64,000 bases of DNA from a virus (IMGVR_UViG_3300010396_000041), one strand, 5' to 3'; shown: positions 25,137-34,470, counted from the stretch's first letter. Notes: a model not told the origin generated them from the sequence alone. Program-made: numbers and translations.

Positions 25137-25586
25137 TTACAGGGCCTTGATCGCCGCGATGCCCGCCAGCGCCACCCGGGTGCGCAGCGGCACGAGCACC
25201 TTGCGCGCCTCCTCGGTCTTGCCTTCGAGCACCAGCGCCGCCGCCTTGGTCAGCGCGCTCATCGACTCGTGCGTCTTCGCGGCGTGGGCGCCCTTGTCCA
25301 GCTTCTCGGCGATCTCCGCCAGCGCCGGGTTCACCGGGGCCTCGACCTCGACCGGAGCCGCCTCGGCGCCTTCGATCTTGACTTCGACCACCAGCGCGAC
25401 CGGGCCGTACTCGTTCTTGCGCGAGGCCTGAGCGGCGGAGCCGTGGAAGGTGACCCCGTAGCCGCCCGACTGGTACGGGCCGCGCACGGCCGCGTGGGTG
25501 TAGGCGCGGTGGCTGGTGCGGGTGGAGCGGATCTCGGTGCCGTTGATGGTGGCTTCGGCGATGTAGGTGATCTTCTTGGCGGCCAT
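25137..25586 (-). CDS. PLRTR-tail family paralog 3 (149 aa)
   Basis: ORF 25137..25715 from M44. C-terminus EEARKVLVPLRTRVALAGIAAIKAL. Confidence 0.6.
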   Translation of the reverse strand: MAAKKITYIAEATINGTEIRSTRTSHRAYTHAAVRGPYQSGGYGVTFHGSAAQASRKNEYGPVALVVEVKIEGAEAAPVEVEAPVNPALAEIAEKLDKGAHAAKTHESMSALTKAAALVLEGKTEEARKVLVPLRTRVALAGIAAIKAL

Positions 25587-25626
25587 TGTGATCTTCTCCT
25601 TCTCTGCGGCGCGTCCCTCGCGCACA

Positions 25627-25641
25627 TGAGTAATGTAGCAT
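25627..25641 (-). promoter_or_regulatory. conserved motif TGAGTAATGTAGCAT
   Basis: 40 nt upstream of ATG 25586. Confidence 0.6.
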
Positions 25642-25773
25642 GGCTGCACCTGGGCGCGCACCCCCCTGGCCACAGCGACTTTCCGCCCCTCTCCCACCCT
25701 GGCGAGCCCAGGCATGCGCGAAGCCCTCGGGAAGCTCTCCCGAGGGCTCCTAGCGCGCGCTCCGCGCCTCCTG

Positions 25774-26082
25774 CTAGCGGCGGAAGGCGATGGCGCTCTC
25801 TTCGATGTGAGCGGTCTTGCCGCTGGGCAGCTTCACGAAGATCTGGATGCCGTTGAAGCCAGCGTTCGAGGTGGAGAGCACTTCGACCTCGGCGCCCGCC
25901 TCGACCCACTCGTCATCGACGACCTCGTTGTTGACGAAGTTGGTGAAGTAGGCCCGCTGCATCGTCACCAGGGTCTTGCCCTTGAACAGCGTCGAGAGAA
26001 TCCAGGCCGCGTCGTGCGGGATCTTGCGGTTCTGGGCGATCTTGGCGGTGTCGACCCGGCTCAGCGTGATCAGCTCGGACAT
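25774..26082 (-). CDS. hypothetical protein (102 aa)
   Basis: ORF 25774..26121 from M14. GAGAGGAG RBS. Confidence 0.55.
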   Translation of the reverse strand: MSELITLSRVDTAKIAQNRKIPHDAAWILSTLFKGKTLVTMQRAYFTNFVNNEVVDDEWVEAGAEVEVLSTSNAGFNGIQIFVKLPSGKTAHIEESAIAFRR

Positions 26083-26120
26083 CGTCTGCTCCTCTCGGTG
26101 GGCGCCCCCTTGGCGCCACA

Positions 26121-26135
26121 TGAGTAATGTAGCAT
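26121..26135 (-). promoter_or_regulatory. conserved motif TGAGTAATGTAGCAT
   Basis: 38 nt upstream of ATG 26082. Confidence 0.6.
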
Positions 26136-26154
26136 CATGGCGCCGGTGCTGGCA

Positions 26155-26466
26155 CTACCGCATGCAGAGGCAGGTTCCGCCAGCAGGACCGCAAGCAGGG
26201 GTATCGTGCGGCCATTCGATCTTCGGCCAGGGCATCGCCTTGACCACCCGCTCCAGCTCATCACGCACCGCCTGCGCACGCTCGTACGTCTCCCGCGCCG
26301 AGCGGGCATGATCTTCCGGGATCTCCAGCTGCTTCGGCGGCTGCTCGAAGAACAGCGCATCGCTGCACAGCCGCTCCACCCCGGTGCCCAGCGCGTAGCG
26401 CAGCGCCAGCAGTTGATCGGCACTCAGCCTCAGTAGGTAGTCGCCTTGGTTGTAGCTGATCTCCAT
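26155..26466 (-). CDS. hypothetical protein (103 aa)
   Basis: ORF 26155..26769 from M102. AAGGAG RBS. No motif; lies behind the hairpin at 26476-26510. Confidence 0.5.
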   Translation of the reverse strand: MEISYNQGDYLLRLSADQLLALRYALGTGVERLCSDALFFEQPPKQLEIPEDHARSARETYERAQAVRDELERVVKAMPWPKIEWPHDTPACGPAGGTCLCMR

Positions 26467-26475
26467 CGTGCTCCT

Positions 26476-26510
26476 TAAAAGCGAGAGGGGCGCCCCCCTT
26501 GCGGAGGGCG
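26476..26510 (-). terminator. twin palindrome GGGCGCCC..GGGCGCCC hairpin
   Basis: Follows the stop at 26523. Confidence 0.45.
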
Positions 26511-26522
26511 CCCTGTGAGGGT

Positions 26523-26720
26523 TTAGAGGATCATGAACTCGTCGTCGTCGACCAGGACGTTCAGGCGCCGGTCGGCGTAGGGCGAGTCCCACTTGACCTC
26601 GATGACCTTGAGTGCCGGGTGCCAGGCCCTGATGATGCCGGTGGCGCCGTCGGGGATCGGGTCGGAGTCGGTGGAGTGCAGGAGCTTGATCTTTTGGCCC
26701 TTGAGGTACTGCTCGGTCAT
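26523..26720 (-). CDS. hypothetical protein (65 aa)
   Basis: ORF track. GGAAAGGA RBS. Confidence 0.55.
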   Translation of the reverse strand: MTEQYLKGQKIKLLHSTDSDPIPDGATGIIRAWHPALKVIEVKWDSPYADRRLNVLVDDDEFMIL

Positions 26721-26754
26721 GGAGATCCTTTCCGTCGCGGGACCTTCCCGCTAC

Positions 26755-26769
26755 GGAGTAGCGTAGCAT
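26755..26769 (-). promoter_or_regulatory. conserved motif variant GGAGTAGCGTAGCAT
   Basis: 34 nt upstream of ATG 26720. Confidence 0.55.
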
Positions 26770-26814
26770 GACGAGAGGGGTCCGGCACGAGGCACGGACC
26801 CCTCTCTTTGCAGG

Positions 26815-27189
26815 TCAGCTGGAGTGACTGGCGATCTCTCGCGCCCGCCCCAGCACAGCCACCAGCGCGTTCGACAGGTTCATCCGGACCGAGGTGACGA
26901 TGGCGTCAGCCTGCATCGCGGTGCCGTAAGCCAGCAGGGCCGCGCCGAGCTCGTCGAGGTTGAACCCGTGACCCTCCCAGCTGCGCACCGTGCCGCGCAG
27001 CAGCTCCAGCGCCAGCTCGTACTGCTCGGCTTCAATGTTGCTCACGATGCCGTAGAAGTCGAGCGCCAGGGCTTCCAGGGTCCGCTTCACCGAGGTGTCG
27101 GCGACCCCCGGCTCGTCCGCCACCTGCTCCAGGTGCCAGGCGCACGCGTTGAGGTGGGCGCGGGCGACGGTGGCGGTCAGTCGGTTCAT
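26815..27189 (-). CDS. hypothetical protein (124 aa)
   Basis: ORF 26815..27240 from M18. GAAGGGAG RBS. Confidence 0.55.
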   Translation of the reverse strand: MNRLTATVARAHLNACAWHLEQVADEPGVADTSVKRTLEALALDFYGIVSNIEAEQYELALELLRGTVRSWEGHGFNLDELGAALLAYGTAMQADAIVTSVRMNLSNALVAVLGRAREIASHSS

Positions 27190-27225
27190 GTTCGCTCCCT
27201 TCGTGAGCCGGCCTCTCCGGCTACG

Positions 27226-27240
27226 TGAGTAGCGTAGCAT
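27226..27240 (-). promoter_or_regulatory. conserved motif TGAGTAGCGTAGCAT
   Basis: 37 nt upstream of ATG 27189. Confidence 0.6.
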
Positions 27241-27267
27241 GACGGCCCATCAGATGGCACTACAACG

Positions 27268-27300
27268 GAAAGACCCCGCAGTTGGCCAGTTGGCCAACTG
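27268..27300 (-). terminator. 15-bp perfect palindromic hairpin CCCCGCAGTTGGCCA GT TGGCCAACTGCGGGG
   Basis: Follows the stop at 27381. Confidence 0.55.
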
Positions 27301-27380
27301 CGGGGCCCTACCCGGGGTCGGCTGAAGGGAGGAGCAGCCCGACCCATCTACCGCCGAGACGTCTAACCGGCGGGAACCTA

Positions 27381-27728
27381 TCAGGGAGTTACCAGCCCAA
27401 GATCCACCACACTGAACCCACGCGGCCCAGCCTGCTGCATCTCCGTGCCTTCACTCACCCGAGCCTGATAATCAACCGCGTGCGCCCCAATCGAAAGCAA
27501 CTGCATGTAGATCAGCCCATACTCCGTCGGGGCCTTCACCACCTCCGTGCCATCGATCACGAACCGCACCCACGCGTCCTCACCCAGACCCAGCACATAG
27601 CCCTGGAGCTGAACGACAAACCCCAAGCCCGTGATGGTCAGCGGACCGCCCACCAGCGAAACCCAGGCATCGTCCGTGACCAGAGTGCTGGTCGTCGAAG
27701 CGAAGGCGACATCAGTCAGCAGCGCCAT
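27381..27728 (-). CDS. hypothetical protein (115 aa)
   Basis: ORF track. Coupled to the upstream gene (TGATCATG). Confidence 0.5.
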   Translation of the reverse strand: MALLTDVAFASTTSTLVTDDAWVSLVGGPLTITGLGFVVQLQGYVLGLGEDAWVRFVIDGTEVVKAPTEYGLIYMQLLSIGAHAVDYQARVSEGTEMQQAGPRGFSVVDLGLVTP

Positions 27729-27730
27729 GA

Positions 27731-29758
27731 TCAGATCCGCATACCGGGATCGCGCGAGTCACGCGGGTCGCGGTCGTAGTCATCGCCAGCGCGCGAGGAA
27801 GCAGCGTACGAACGCGCCCGGTTCCAGTTCACGGACCGGTTCGAGTCCTCGATCACGACGTTCACGTACTGGCGCGGGTCATCGCGGTCGCGCTCACGCC
27901 GCCCGCCACACCCGCAGGGGTCTTCCTTCTTGCAGCAGCACGCCAGCTGCAACTCCAGCGTGTCGATCTTGGTCTTCAGCTGCGTCTCGGTCGCCAGACC
28001 CCGCGCAAAGCGCCGCTCAGCGCCTTCCTCGTCGAGGTGCCGGATAAGGCTGCGGGTGCGGTCCTCATCGTCGCGGGAACGGCGCTCGAAGCCGCGCATC
28101 TCATCCAGGTTGCGGTCAGCCAGAGCACGCAGCAGGTCGTGCGTGCGGTCCTCGCGGTCCCGGAGGTAAAGACGCGTCTCCAGGTCCGTCTTGGTGTTGT
28201 GCTCCCGCGTGCGGTCACCCTGGTGCCGCACCTCGTCGCTGATGTGGATCAGCCGCTCCGAGGTACGCCGGTCGTGGTCACCCAGCGACTCGGACAGTTC
28301 CTCCAGGTTGTGGGTGACCTGCCGCTCAATCTGGTGCTCGATGCGGCGCTCAGAGTCATCCAGGTTCTTGGTGGAACGACGCTCGAACGCATCCAGGTTG
28401 TGCGTCTGACGCCGCTCGGCGTCGTCCGCGTTCTTGGTGAGCCGCAGCTCCTCCTGGTAGATGTCGCGTTCGATGTTGCGCTGGACCATGTCCAGGCGCT
28501 CCTGATCGCGCCGTTCTGCGTCACGCTGGTAGTTGCTCAGGCGCCGCTCAGCGTCACCAAGCTGTTCCTGCGTTTCCTCACCCACGTGCCGCACCACGCC
28601 GTCGATCCGGCGTTCGGTGTCACACAGGTCCTTCTCCAGCGCACCGAACGCCTCGGCGTTCTCCTCGCCGTAGTGGTCGACCTTGTCACCAAGGCGCCGC
28701 TCGGAGTTGGTGATGTGCTCTGCCAGCCGCTCGCGGCCGAAAGCACCTTCACGGCGGTCCTCGTCGATATCGCGTTCGATCCGGCGTTCCGCGTTGGCAA
28801 GGTGCTCGTTGGTGTGACCGAAGCCGTGTACCGACTCGCGGCGACCGCCATCGATGTTGCCATCCAGCCAGCGGGCGTTGGCGTCAGCACCTTCGTGCAG
28901 GTAACGGGTGTTCGCACCGTTCTGCTCCGCCAGGCGCCACGCGTTCGCGTCCTGACCCGAGTGCAGCCAGCGGGCGTTGGCATCCTGTCCGGTGTGCAGC
29001 CAGCGCGCGCTATCGCCGACCTCGTCTTCGACGTCGTCGATCTCACGGGAAAGGTAGCGGGTGTTGGCATCGACGTTCGCGTCAGTGCGACGCTGCCCGT
29101 CACCAAGCCAGCGGGCGCTCTCCTCGACGCGGTGATCGGTGCGGCGCTGGCCTTCGTGCAGCCAGCGGCCGTTGGCGTTGACGTCCTTCTCTACGTCATC
29201 GACTTCACGCGCCACCCACCAGGCGTTCTGGTTGACGTTTGCGTCGGTCTGGCGCTGGCCGTCGCCGAGCCAGCGGGCTTCACTGTCGGACTGGCGCGAA
29301 GCGCCGAGGAATCCGTGATCGACGTTGCGGTCGGTCGCGGCCTGGCCCTTGGCGGTGCCGTAGAAGCCTGCTGCGGTCTCGGCGCTCATCGCGCGGTGCT
29401 CGCCCGACAGGAACCGGCCGTTGGCATCGACGTTACGGTCGGTCGCCGCCTGGCCTGCGGCGGTGTTCTGGAAGCCTCGGTCGATCTCGTTGTCGAGGAA
29501 CAGCGCGTCGCGGTTGATCTCAGCAGACAGGTGCTGGGTGTTACGGTTCGCCTCGGCGTCGATGTAGCCGGTGCTGTCGGCGATGGCACGGTTGGTGTGC
29601 AGGAATTCGTTGTCGACGTTGCGGAAGCCAGCGTCGACGTTGTTGTCCGTGTGGCGCTGGCCTTCAAGAATCAGGGCAGTGTCATAGGAGGGTACGGGTA
29701 CGGGGATGGGCACCGGGTGGTTGTGGTGGTGCCAGGGGCCCGGCATGGAATCGCTCAC
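27731..29758 (-). CDS. large D/E/R/N-rich tandem-repeat protein (about 675 aa) with C-terminal Cys cluster CCCKKEDPCGCGG
   Basis: About 10 repeats of ..ARWL..GQRRTD.NVD.N.. then ERR/coiled-coil-like repeats. N-content argues against a GC-driven spurious frame. Antisense + ORF 28037..29836 is junk. Start GTG 29758 (GGAGG 8 nt upstream) or ATG 29746; the ORF track's TTG 29827 start is less likely. Confidence 0.6.
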   Translation of the reverse strand: MSDSMPGPWHHHNHPVPIPVPVPSYDTALILEGQRHTDNNVDAGFRNVDNEFLHTNRAIADSTGYIDAEANRNTQHLSAEINRDALFLDNEIDRGFQNTAAGQAATDRNVDANGRFLSGEHRAMSAETAAGFYGTAKGQAATDRNVDHGFLGASRQSDSEARWLGDGQRQTDANVNQNAWWVAREVDDVEKDVNANGRWLHEGQRRTDHRVEESARWLGDGQRRTDANVDANTRYLSREIDDVEDEVGDSARWLHTGQDANARWLHSGQDANAWRLAEQNGANTRYLHEGADANARWLDGNIDGGRRESVHGFGHTNEHLANAERRIERDIDEDRREGAFGRERLAEHITNSERRLGDKVDHYGEENAEAFGALEKDLCDTERRIDGVVRHVGEETQEQLGDAERRLSNYQRDAERRDQERLDMVQRNIERDIYQEELRLTKNADDAERRQTHNLDAFERRSTKNLDDSERRIEHQIERQVTHNLEELSESLGDHDRRTSERLIHISDEVRHQGDRTREHNTKTDLETRLYLRDREDRTHDLLRALADRNLDEMRGFERRSRDDEDRTRSLIRHLDEEGAERRFARGLATETQLKTKIDTLELQLACCCKKEDPCGCGGRRERDRDDPRQYVNVVIEDSNRSVNWNRARSYAASSRAGDDYDRDPRDSRDPGMRI

Positions 29759-29917
29759 GTGAGATGCCTCCGGAAAGAGATGTGCCGTGGCTCGGAGGTA
29801 GCCAGGCGCTGGCACATTATCACGCAAAGAATGTAACGATCTTGGGATTGAGTGAACCCTTCGTGGACAGCTTAGAACCCCAGCCCGAAGGCTGGGGTTG
29901 CGCAGGTCAGAGGCCTA

Positions 29918-30220
29918 TCACGACTCGTTGTTCAGCACCCTGCGATTGACCATCAGAACTGCCGCCGCGTTCCGCGCCAGCTCGAATATCCACTCGCTGG
30001 TGTCCTGCCGCGTGATCGATTCGAGGGTGGTGCGGGCCAGCTCCAGGTGCTCGCTGGCGGCGATTGGGGTGCGGGTGAGGTGCACGGCGGCCAGTCGGGT
30101 CTCCCCAGCTGCCTTGGTGAGCTTCACGGCGGTCTGATAGGAGACATCGTCGCGGGAAACGAGCTGGTCAAGGGAGGTAGCCCAGTGGCGCAGCTGGGTC
30201 GCGTCGCTGCCGAGGTTCAT
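29918..30220 (-). CDS. hypothetical protein (100 aa)
   Basis: ORF 29918..30424 from M69. GAAGGAG RBS lies inside the end of the upstream mini-gene. GC hairpin AACCCCAGCC..GGCTGGGGTT downstream. Confidence 0.55.
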   Translation of the reverse strand: MNLGSDATQLRHWATSLDQLVSRDDVSYQTAVKLTKAAGETRLAAVHLTRTPIAASEHLELARTTLESITRQDTSEWIFELARNAAAVLMVNRRVLNNES

Positions 30221-30222
30221 CT

Positions 30223-30369
30223 TTAGTTCTCCTTCACGCGCAGAACGTAAACGGTGACCGTTGCGACCGCGCCGAGGATCAGGGTGGGCATGGCGTAGCG
30301 CCACTCGACGAAGTCGGTCAGCGCGGTGCCGACGCCGTTGAAGACGTCGGAGAGCAGGCGGGTGATCAT
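30223..30369 (-). CDS. small membrane protein (48 aa)
   Basis: Manual: MITRLLSDVFNGVGTALTDFVEWRYAMPTLILGAVATVTVYVLRVKEN. Confidence 0.4.
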   Translation of the reverse strand: MITRLLSDVFNGVGTALTDFVEWRYAMPTLILGAVATVTVYVLRVKEN

Positions 30370-30409
30370 GGTTCACTCCTTTCGGTGGCTCGGGCGGTCC
30401 GAGCGGATA

Positions 30410-30424
30410 TGAGTAACGTAGCAC
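30410..30424 (-). promoter_or_regulatory. conserved motif TGAGTAACGTAGCAC
   Basis: 40 nt upstream of ATG 30369. Confidence 0.55.
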
Positions 30425-30605
30425 AGCGCCACGGGGGACGCACTATCAGCCCTACCTCGCCCCTTCCCGCCTCGGAGCGGGCTTCTGCGCCCCTCCCAGC
30501 CCGCCCCCTTGCCCCAGGGCTAGAGCCCTCTCGGGAGCGCGGGAGAGCGCCCCATGGCAGCGCGAAGGCCCCCGCCCGGGTGAGGGGCGGGGGCCTTCGG
30601 TCAGG

Positions 30606-30914
30606 CTAGTTCGAGTCCGGACGGTTCGCCTTGATCAGGTTCATCACCCAGCGCGGGACGTTCTCCATCTTCGAGTAGCGCCAGATGATCCGGTCGTTCG
30701 GACGAAGCTCGCCGCGCACGATGTGAGCACCGACGACGGAGACCGCAACCGGTGCCCAGTCACCCTTGTTCACCCGCGACCAGGTGGCCATGATCGTGTC
30801 GGCCTCCATCTTGGTCCGGCCCTGCTCCATCACCTTGTCGGGGTGATCGATGACTTCGATCTCCACCGAGCAGGCGTAGCTCTTGGTGATGGCGCCGACC
30901 TCGTAAGCCGTCAT
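30606..30914 (-). CDS. hypothetical protein (102 aa)
   Basis: ORF 30606..30992 from M27. GAGAGGAG RBS. Confidence 0.55.
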   Translation of the reverse strand: MTAYEVGAITKSYACSVEIEVIDHPDKVMEQGRTKMEADTIMATWSRVNKGDWAPVAVSVVGAHIVRGELRPNDRIIWRYSKMENVPRWVMNLIKANRPDSN

Positions 30915-30953
30915 GTGCTGCTCCTCTCCGCTGCCCGGCGCTTCCGGGCTACG

Positions 30954-30968
30954 TGAGTAGCGTAGCAT
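30954..30968 (-). promoter_or_regulatory. conserved motif TGAGTAGCGTAGCAT
   Basis: 40 nt upstream of ATG 30914. Confidence 0.6.
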
Positions 30969-30988
30969 TGCTGCACGCTCGGTGGCAC

Positions 30989-31129
30989 TCACGGCTTCTT
31001 TTCCCGCTCCGCCTGCTCCCGAGCCTCCTCCTCCGCCAGCCTCCGCCGACCCTCCTCGGCAACCCGCACCGCCTCAGCAATCTGCCGCGCAGTCTCACGC
31101 GAGTACTCCGCATCGCTCTGCTCGCCCAC
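30989..31129 (-). CDS. possible small E/R-rich protein (46 aa)
   Basis: Manual. GTG start with GGAGGTG RBS. Low-complexity. Confidence 0.3.
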   Translation of the reverse strand: MGEQSDAEYSRETARQIAEAVRVAEEGRRRLAEEEAREQAEREKKP

Positions 31130-31131
31130 GA

Positions 31132-31464
31132 CTACACCTCCGAATTCAGCAGCTGAGCACGGCTCGCCGCCTCCAGCCGCGCCTTAAGCACCTGGTCTTC
31201 CCAATCCTCAGCGCCATCCGGGACGCTCGCCACCACCACCCGGCCCAGCACCTCACCCTCGTCCGTCACCCGCTGCACCACAATCAGCATCGCCTGACGC
31301 GTCGAGATATCAGCCACCTGCCACTGCGCCGACCGCTTGACCTCCGCACGCTTCACCGCCTCCACCCGCGTCTGGCCACGCACGGCCCGGCCGATGACAA
31401 GGATCGTCACGGCCAGGCCGACGCACAGCAGCCCGATGGACATGGCTGCCAAAACTACATCCAT
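31132..31464 (-). CDS. membrane-anchored protein (110 aa)
   Basis: ORF track. N-terminal TM helix. Confidence 0.5.
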   Translation of the reverse strand: MDVVLAAMSIGLLCVGLAVTILVIGRAVRGQTRVEAVKRAEVKRSAQWQVADISTRQAMLIVVQRVTDEGEVLGRVVVASVPDGAEDWEDQVLKARLEAASRAQLLNSEV

Positions 31465-32456
31465 TACTTCGCGCCCACCGCGAGACCAGCACCCGGCGCA
31501 TACGTCGTGATACCCGGCGGCAGCGCCTGCTCCTCAGCGATCACCCCGCACACCGGGCACGCGCTGTAGCCCTGCTGAGTGATCTCGTTCGCCTGTGCCG
31601 TGAGCTTCGCAGCGTTCACCTTCGCCTGCGCCGTGGAGACCTGAGCGAACGCGGCCTGAGCCGAGTCGATCGCCGACTGGACCCCACCAGGCAGCGTCAC
31701 CGTCGAGATCGTGAACCGCAGACCCGTCAGGTAGTTACCGCCGAGCTGGGACTTCAAGTCGCTCGCCAGCTCGGTGTTGATCGTGTTCTGGATGTTCGCC
31801 AGATTCCCGTTGCTCGACGCGCTCGCCACCGCCGCCACCGACGTGTTCGTCGCGTTCTTCACCAGCGCACACGCAGGGTCCACGTCAGCGCAGCTGACCG
31901 CGCTCATCGCGGTGCGCAGCTCGTTCTGGAGCGTCGGGCGAACCACCGCGTTGATGAACGCGTTCCAGCCGTCGCTCCCGTCGTACGGGTGCAGCGCCTT
32001 CCCATCCCACACGTAGGTCTGGGTACCGTACGAGTCATCGAACGTACCGAGCACATCGTGCTTGAGGTTCAGCGAGTAGTACAACGTTCCCTGGATCGTG
32101 ATCTCCACCCCGTCGCTCGACGGGACGTTGATCGAGTCGGAGGAGTTCGTCTGCCCCTGCTTCGGGTCAGCGCTGATCGTGTACACCTGCTGCTGCGCCG
32201 GGTAGATGTGCTCCGTGCTGTAAAGCCCGGTGTAGGTCATTCCGGCGCCCGGGTCCAAGAACCCCCGGACGTTCTGGTTGGCGAAGCCGCCGTTGCGCAG
32301 CACCGCGATGTGCCCGCCGTCGATCGAGTCGAGCGACCCGACCGCCGCGAAGCAGACCGACAGGCCCACGATCAGTCCGGTGGCGCCGAGGACCGATCCC
32401 ACGCCCCACCGAGCCACACGGCCCGGGGTCCACTCCTTGTCATAGCTCATGGTCAA
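31464..32456 (-). CDS. membrane-anchored/exported hypothetical protein (330 aa)
   Basis: ORF track. N-terminal TM helix; S/T/N/Q-rich body. Confidence 0.6.
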   Translation of the reverse strand: MTMSYDKEWTPGRVARWGVGSVLGATGLIVGLSVCFAAVGSLDSIDGGHIAVLRNGGFANQNVRGFLDPGAGMTYTGLYSTEHIYPAQQQVYTISADPKQGQTNSSDSINVPSSDGVEITIQGTLYYSLNLKHDVLGTFDDSYGTQTYVWDGKALHPYDGSDGWNAFINAVVRPTLQNELRTAMSAVSCADVDPACALVKNATNTSVAAVASASSNGNLANIQNTINTELASDLKSQLGGNYLTGLRFTISTVTLPGGVQSAIDSAQAAFAQVSTAQAKVNAAKLTAQANEITQQGYSACPVCGVIAEEQALPPGITTYAPGAGLAVGAK

Positions 32457-32515
32457 TCCTTGATAGATGGTTGATAGGAGAAGGGCGGGCCCCCGAAGGA
32501 ACCCGCCCGTGGTGC

Positions 32516-34129
32516 CTAGAACGGCCAGGTGCCGTTACGACCCGCCTCCAGCAGCGGAATCAGGCGGAACGCCTGGTCCGTCAGCCCGCCGAAGGTGTGC
32601 CGGTTCTCACTGCCCGACGGAGCGTGCCCGTAGCGGTAGCCCGCCAGGTTCCAGGTGTAGACCGGCACCGTCTTCGGGACCGCTGCCGTCACATCCCAGG
32701 CGCCGTGGTAATCCGCCTGCTCGTCCGTCAGGATGATCACCCGGTCGTGTGCCTTGTAGTGCGTCGAGACCGCCTGCTGCGTCGAGGTACCACCCAGGTC
32801 GGTGAACCGGTCGATCAGCTTGAGCACCGAGTCGCCCGTGCGGAAACGCACCTCATGCGAGGAGGAGCCGAACTGAACGAGGTCAGCCTTCTCCGCGCGC
32901 AGCGCCAGCGCCGTACCGAACAAGGCTGCCGAGTCGGCGCGGTTCAACTGCGTCTTCTCGGAGATCCCGCCGAACATCGATCCGGAGCGGTCTACCAGCA
33001 CCAGAGTGCGGCCCGGCAAGCTCGGGACGTTCTCCAGCGACATGTTCAGCGCCTGCTCCAGCGGCCACGCCCAGCGCAGCCCGGAGTGCTTGTACGCGGC
33101 GAGGAACCGGAACGGGAACTGGCGCGACTTGCGGACCTCGTCGAGGTTGGCGATCCGCGCGGCGACCGCGTTCGCGGCGCCTTCGCTGATCTTCTTCTCG
33201 TCGAAGTTACGCAGGTTCCTGATCAAGGCCATATAGCCCATGGTCGGGATCTGCTTCTCCCAGGTGGCGCCGTCCATCGCGCCCTGCTTCCACCCGGCCG
33301 TCGCCTCCCAGGTCATGCCAGCCTTCGCCAGCTGCTCCGAAGCGTCGTCCGAGGCGAGCAGAGCCGCCTTCTCCTCGGCGTCGAGGGACGTCAGCTCCTT
33401 ACGGGCGGTGATGGTCTTGAGCCGTGCCGACGCCGGGTTCTCCGGGTCCTCACGGTCGTGACGGCGGTCGATCGCGTGCTCGAACAGGTCACCCTGCCAG
33501 GCCTTACCGACCGCCGGGCCCGGGTGCACCAGCTCCAGCACATCGCCCATACGCACCGCGTCGCCCTTGCTGTCGTACTTGAGCAGGCTGCGCTCGTTGT
33601 ACAGGCGCCGGGTCGCGTCGCCGAGACCGCGCTTGACCGGCTTCGGCATGGCCTTGCCGTACTTCGAGATCCAGTACGCCAGCAGCTCGGCAGGCTCGTC
33701 GGCGCGCTGGCAGGCAGCGTCGATCGCGCGGCGGTTGAAGCCGCGCACCTCGAAGACGGTGCCGACTCCCTCGCCGTCCTCGACCACCTTCGCGTCGATA
33801 CGGGCCTTCACCAGCTCGGCGGCCATGACCAGAGAAGCCGAGCGCATGTTGGCCTCGTTGCGCAGCCACGGGATCATCCGGACCAGCCAGTCCGGGTCCT
33901 CCAGCGCCACCTGGTGCACCAGCTGCTCGAAACGCGCGTCGCGCTGGTCGGCGCGCTCGTAGTAGGTGTTCTCGCCCACCATGTTGGTCACCGCGAGCAG
34001 GAACAGCTCAGACTTCGCGTCGCGGGCGAAGCCGGGGGCGCCGTTGAAGGTACGGCCGGTCGGGGTCTTCGCGGTCTTCACCGGGGAAGTGGTACGCGGC
34101 TTGGCGGTGGCGGTGTTGAACTTCGACAT
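32516..34129 (-). CDS. rsr: Ro60/Rsr ortholog (TROVE domain + C-terminal vWA/MIDAS), about 537 aa
   Basis: MSKFNT...TNMVGENTYYE TROVE-type N-terminus. C-terminal LVLVDRSGSM MIDAS. ATG 34129 with GAGGGGAG RBS; alternative GTG 34165. Confidence 0.85.
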   Translation of the reverse strand: MSKFNTATAKPRTTSPVKTAKTPTGRTFNGAPGFARDAKSELFLLAVTNMVGENTYYERADQRDARFEQLVHQVALEDPDWLVRMIPWLRNEANMRSASLVMAAELVKARIDAKVVEDGEGVGTVFEVRGFNRRAIDAACQRADEPAELLAYWISKYGKAMPKPVKRGLGDATRRLYNERSLLKYDSKGDAVRMGDVLELVHPGPAVGKAWQGDLFEHAIDRRHDREDPENPASARLKTITARKELTSLDAEEKAALLASDDASEQLAKAGMTWEATAGWKQGAMDGATWEKQIPTMGYMALIRNLRNFDEKKISEGAANAVAARIANLDEVRKSRQFPFRFLAAYKHSGLRWAWPLEQALNMSLENVPSLPGRTLVLVDRSGSMFGGISEKTQLNRADSAALFGTALALRAEKADLVQFGSSSHEVRFRTGDSVLKLIDRFTDLGGTSTQQAVSTHYKAHDRVIILTDEQADYHGAWDVTAAVPKTVPVYTWNLAGYRYGHAPSGSENRHTFGGLTDQAFRLIPLLEAGRNGTWPF

Positions 34130-34171
34130 GGTGGTGCTCCCCTCTTTCTGGGTGGCAGAGGGCACACGAAA

Positions 34172-34313
34172 GGGTGATGCCCGAGATCAAATCGTCGACT
34201 GTGTTAGCGCTCTACCGTTGAGCTATACGGCCCGAAGGCCATAACCGGATTCGAACCAGCAACCTCTTCATTACAAGTGAAGTAACAGTCAACATACGCA
34301 CCGGGCATCACCC
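34172..34313 (-). ncRNA. Y-RNA-like unit A with tRNA-like module (T-arm, loop-closed acceptor GGCCATA-TTCG-GGCCGTATA, D-arm)
   Basis: Termini GGGTGATGCCCGG/TCGGGCATCACCC pair (13 bp). Shares the GAAGTAAC...CGCACCGGG and GAGATCAAATCG blocks with units B-F. Confidence 0.5.
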
Positions 34314-34323
34314 TGACGTGGTC

Positions 34324-34447
34324 CCTCCCGAGATCAATTCGACGACGGTTTTAGAGTTCTGCGCTCAGTTGCGCGGAACGGGATTCGAACCCGAAGCCCC
34401 CGAAGGAGCTGTTCACCAGAAGTAACCGTCATCTGCGCACCGGGAGG
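34324..34447 (-). ncRNA. Y-RNA-like unit B with tRNA-like T-arm GGGTTCGAATCCCG
   Basis: Termini CCTCCCG/CGGGAGG plus GAUGACGG/CCGUCGUC pair around an internal loop. Confidence 0.5.
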
Positions 34448-34470
34448 TGCAAGTCTGTGGGTGCTGCGGT

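Noticed and set aside
28037-29836. 599-aa + strand ORF
   Set aside because: Antisense to the repeat-protein gene. Composition (V/G/A/L runs) is typical of a GC-driven spurious frame.
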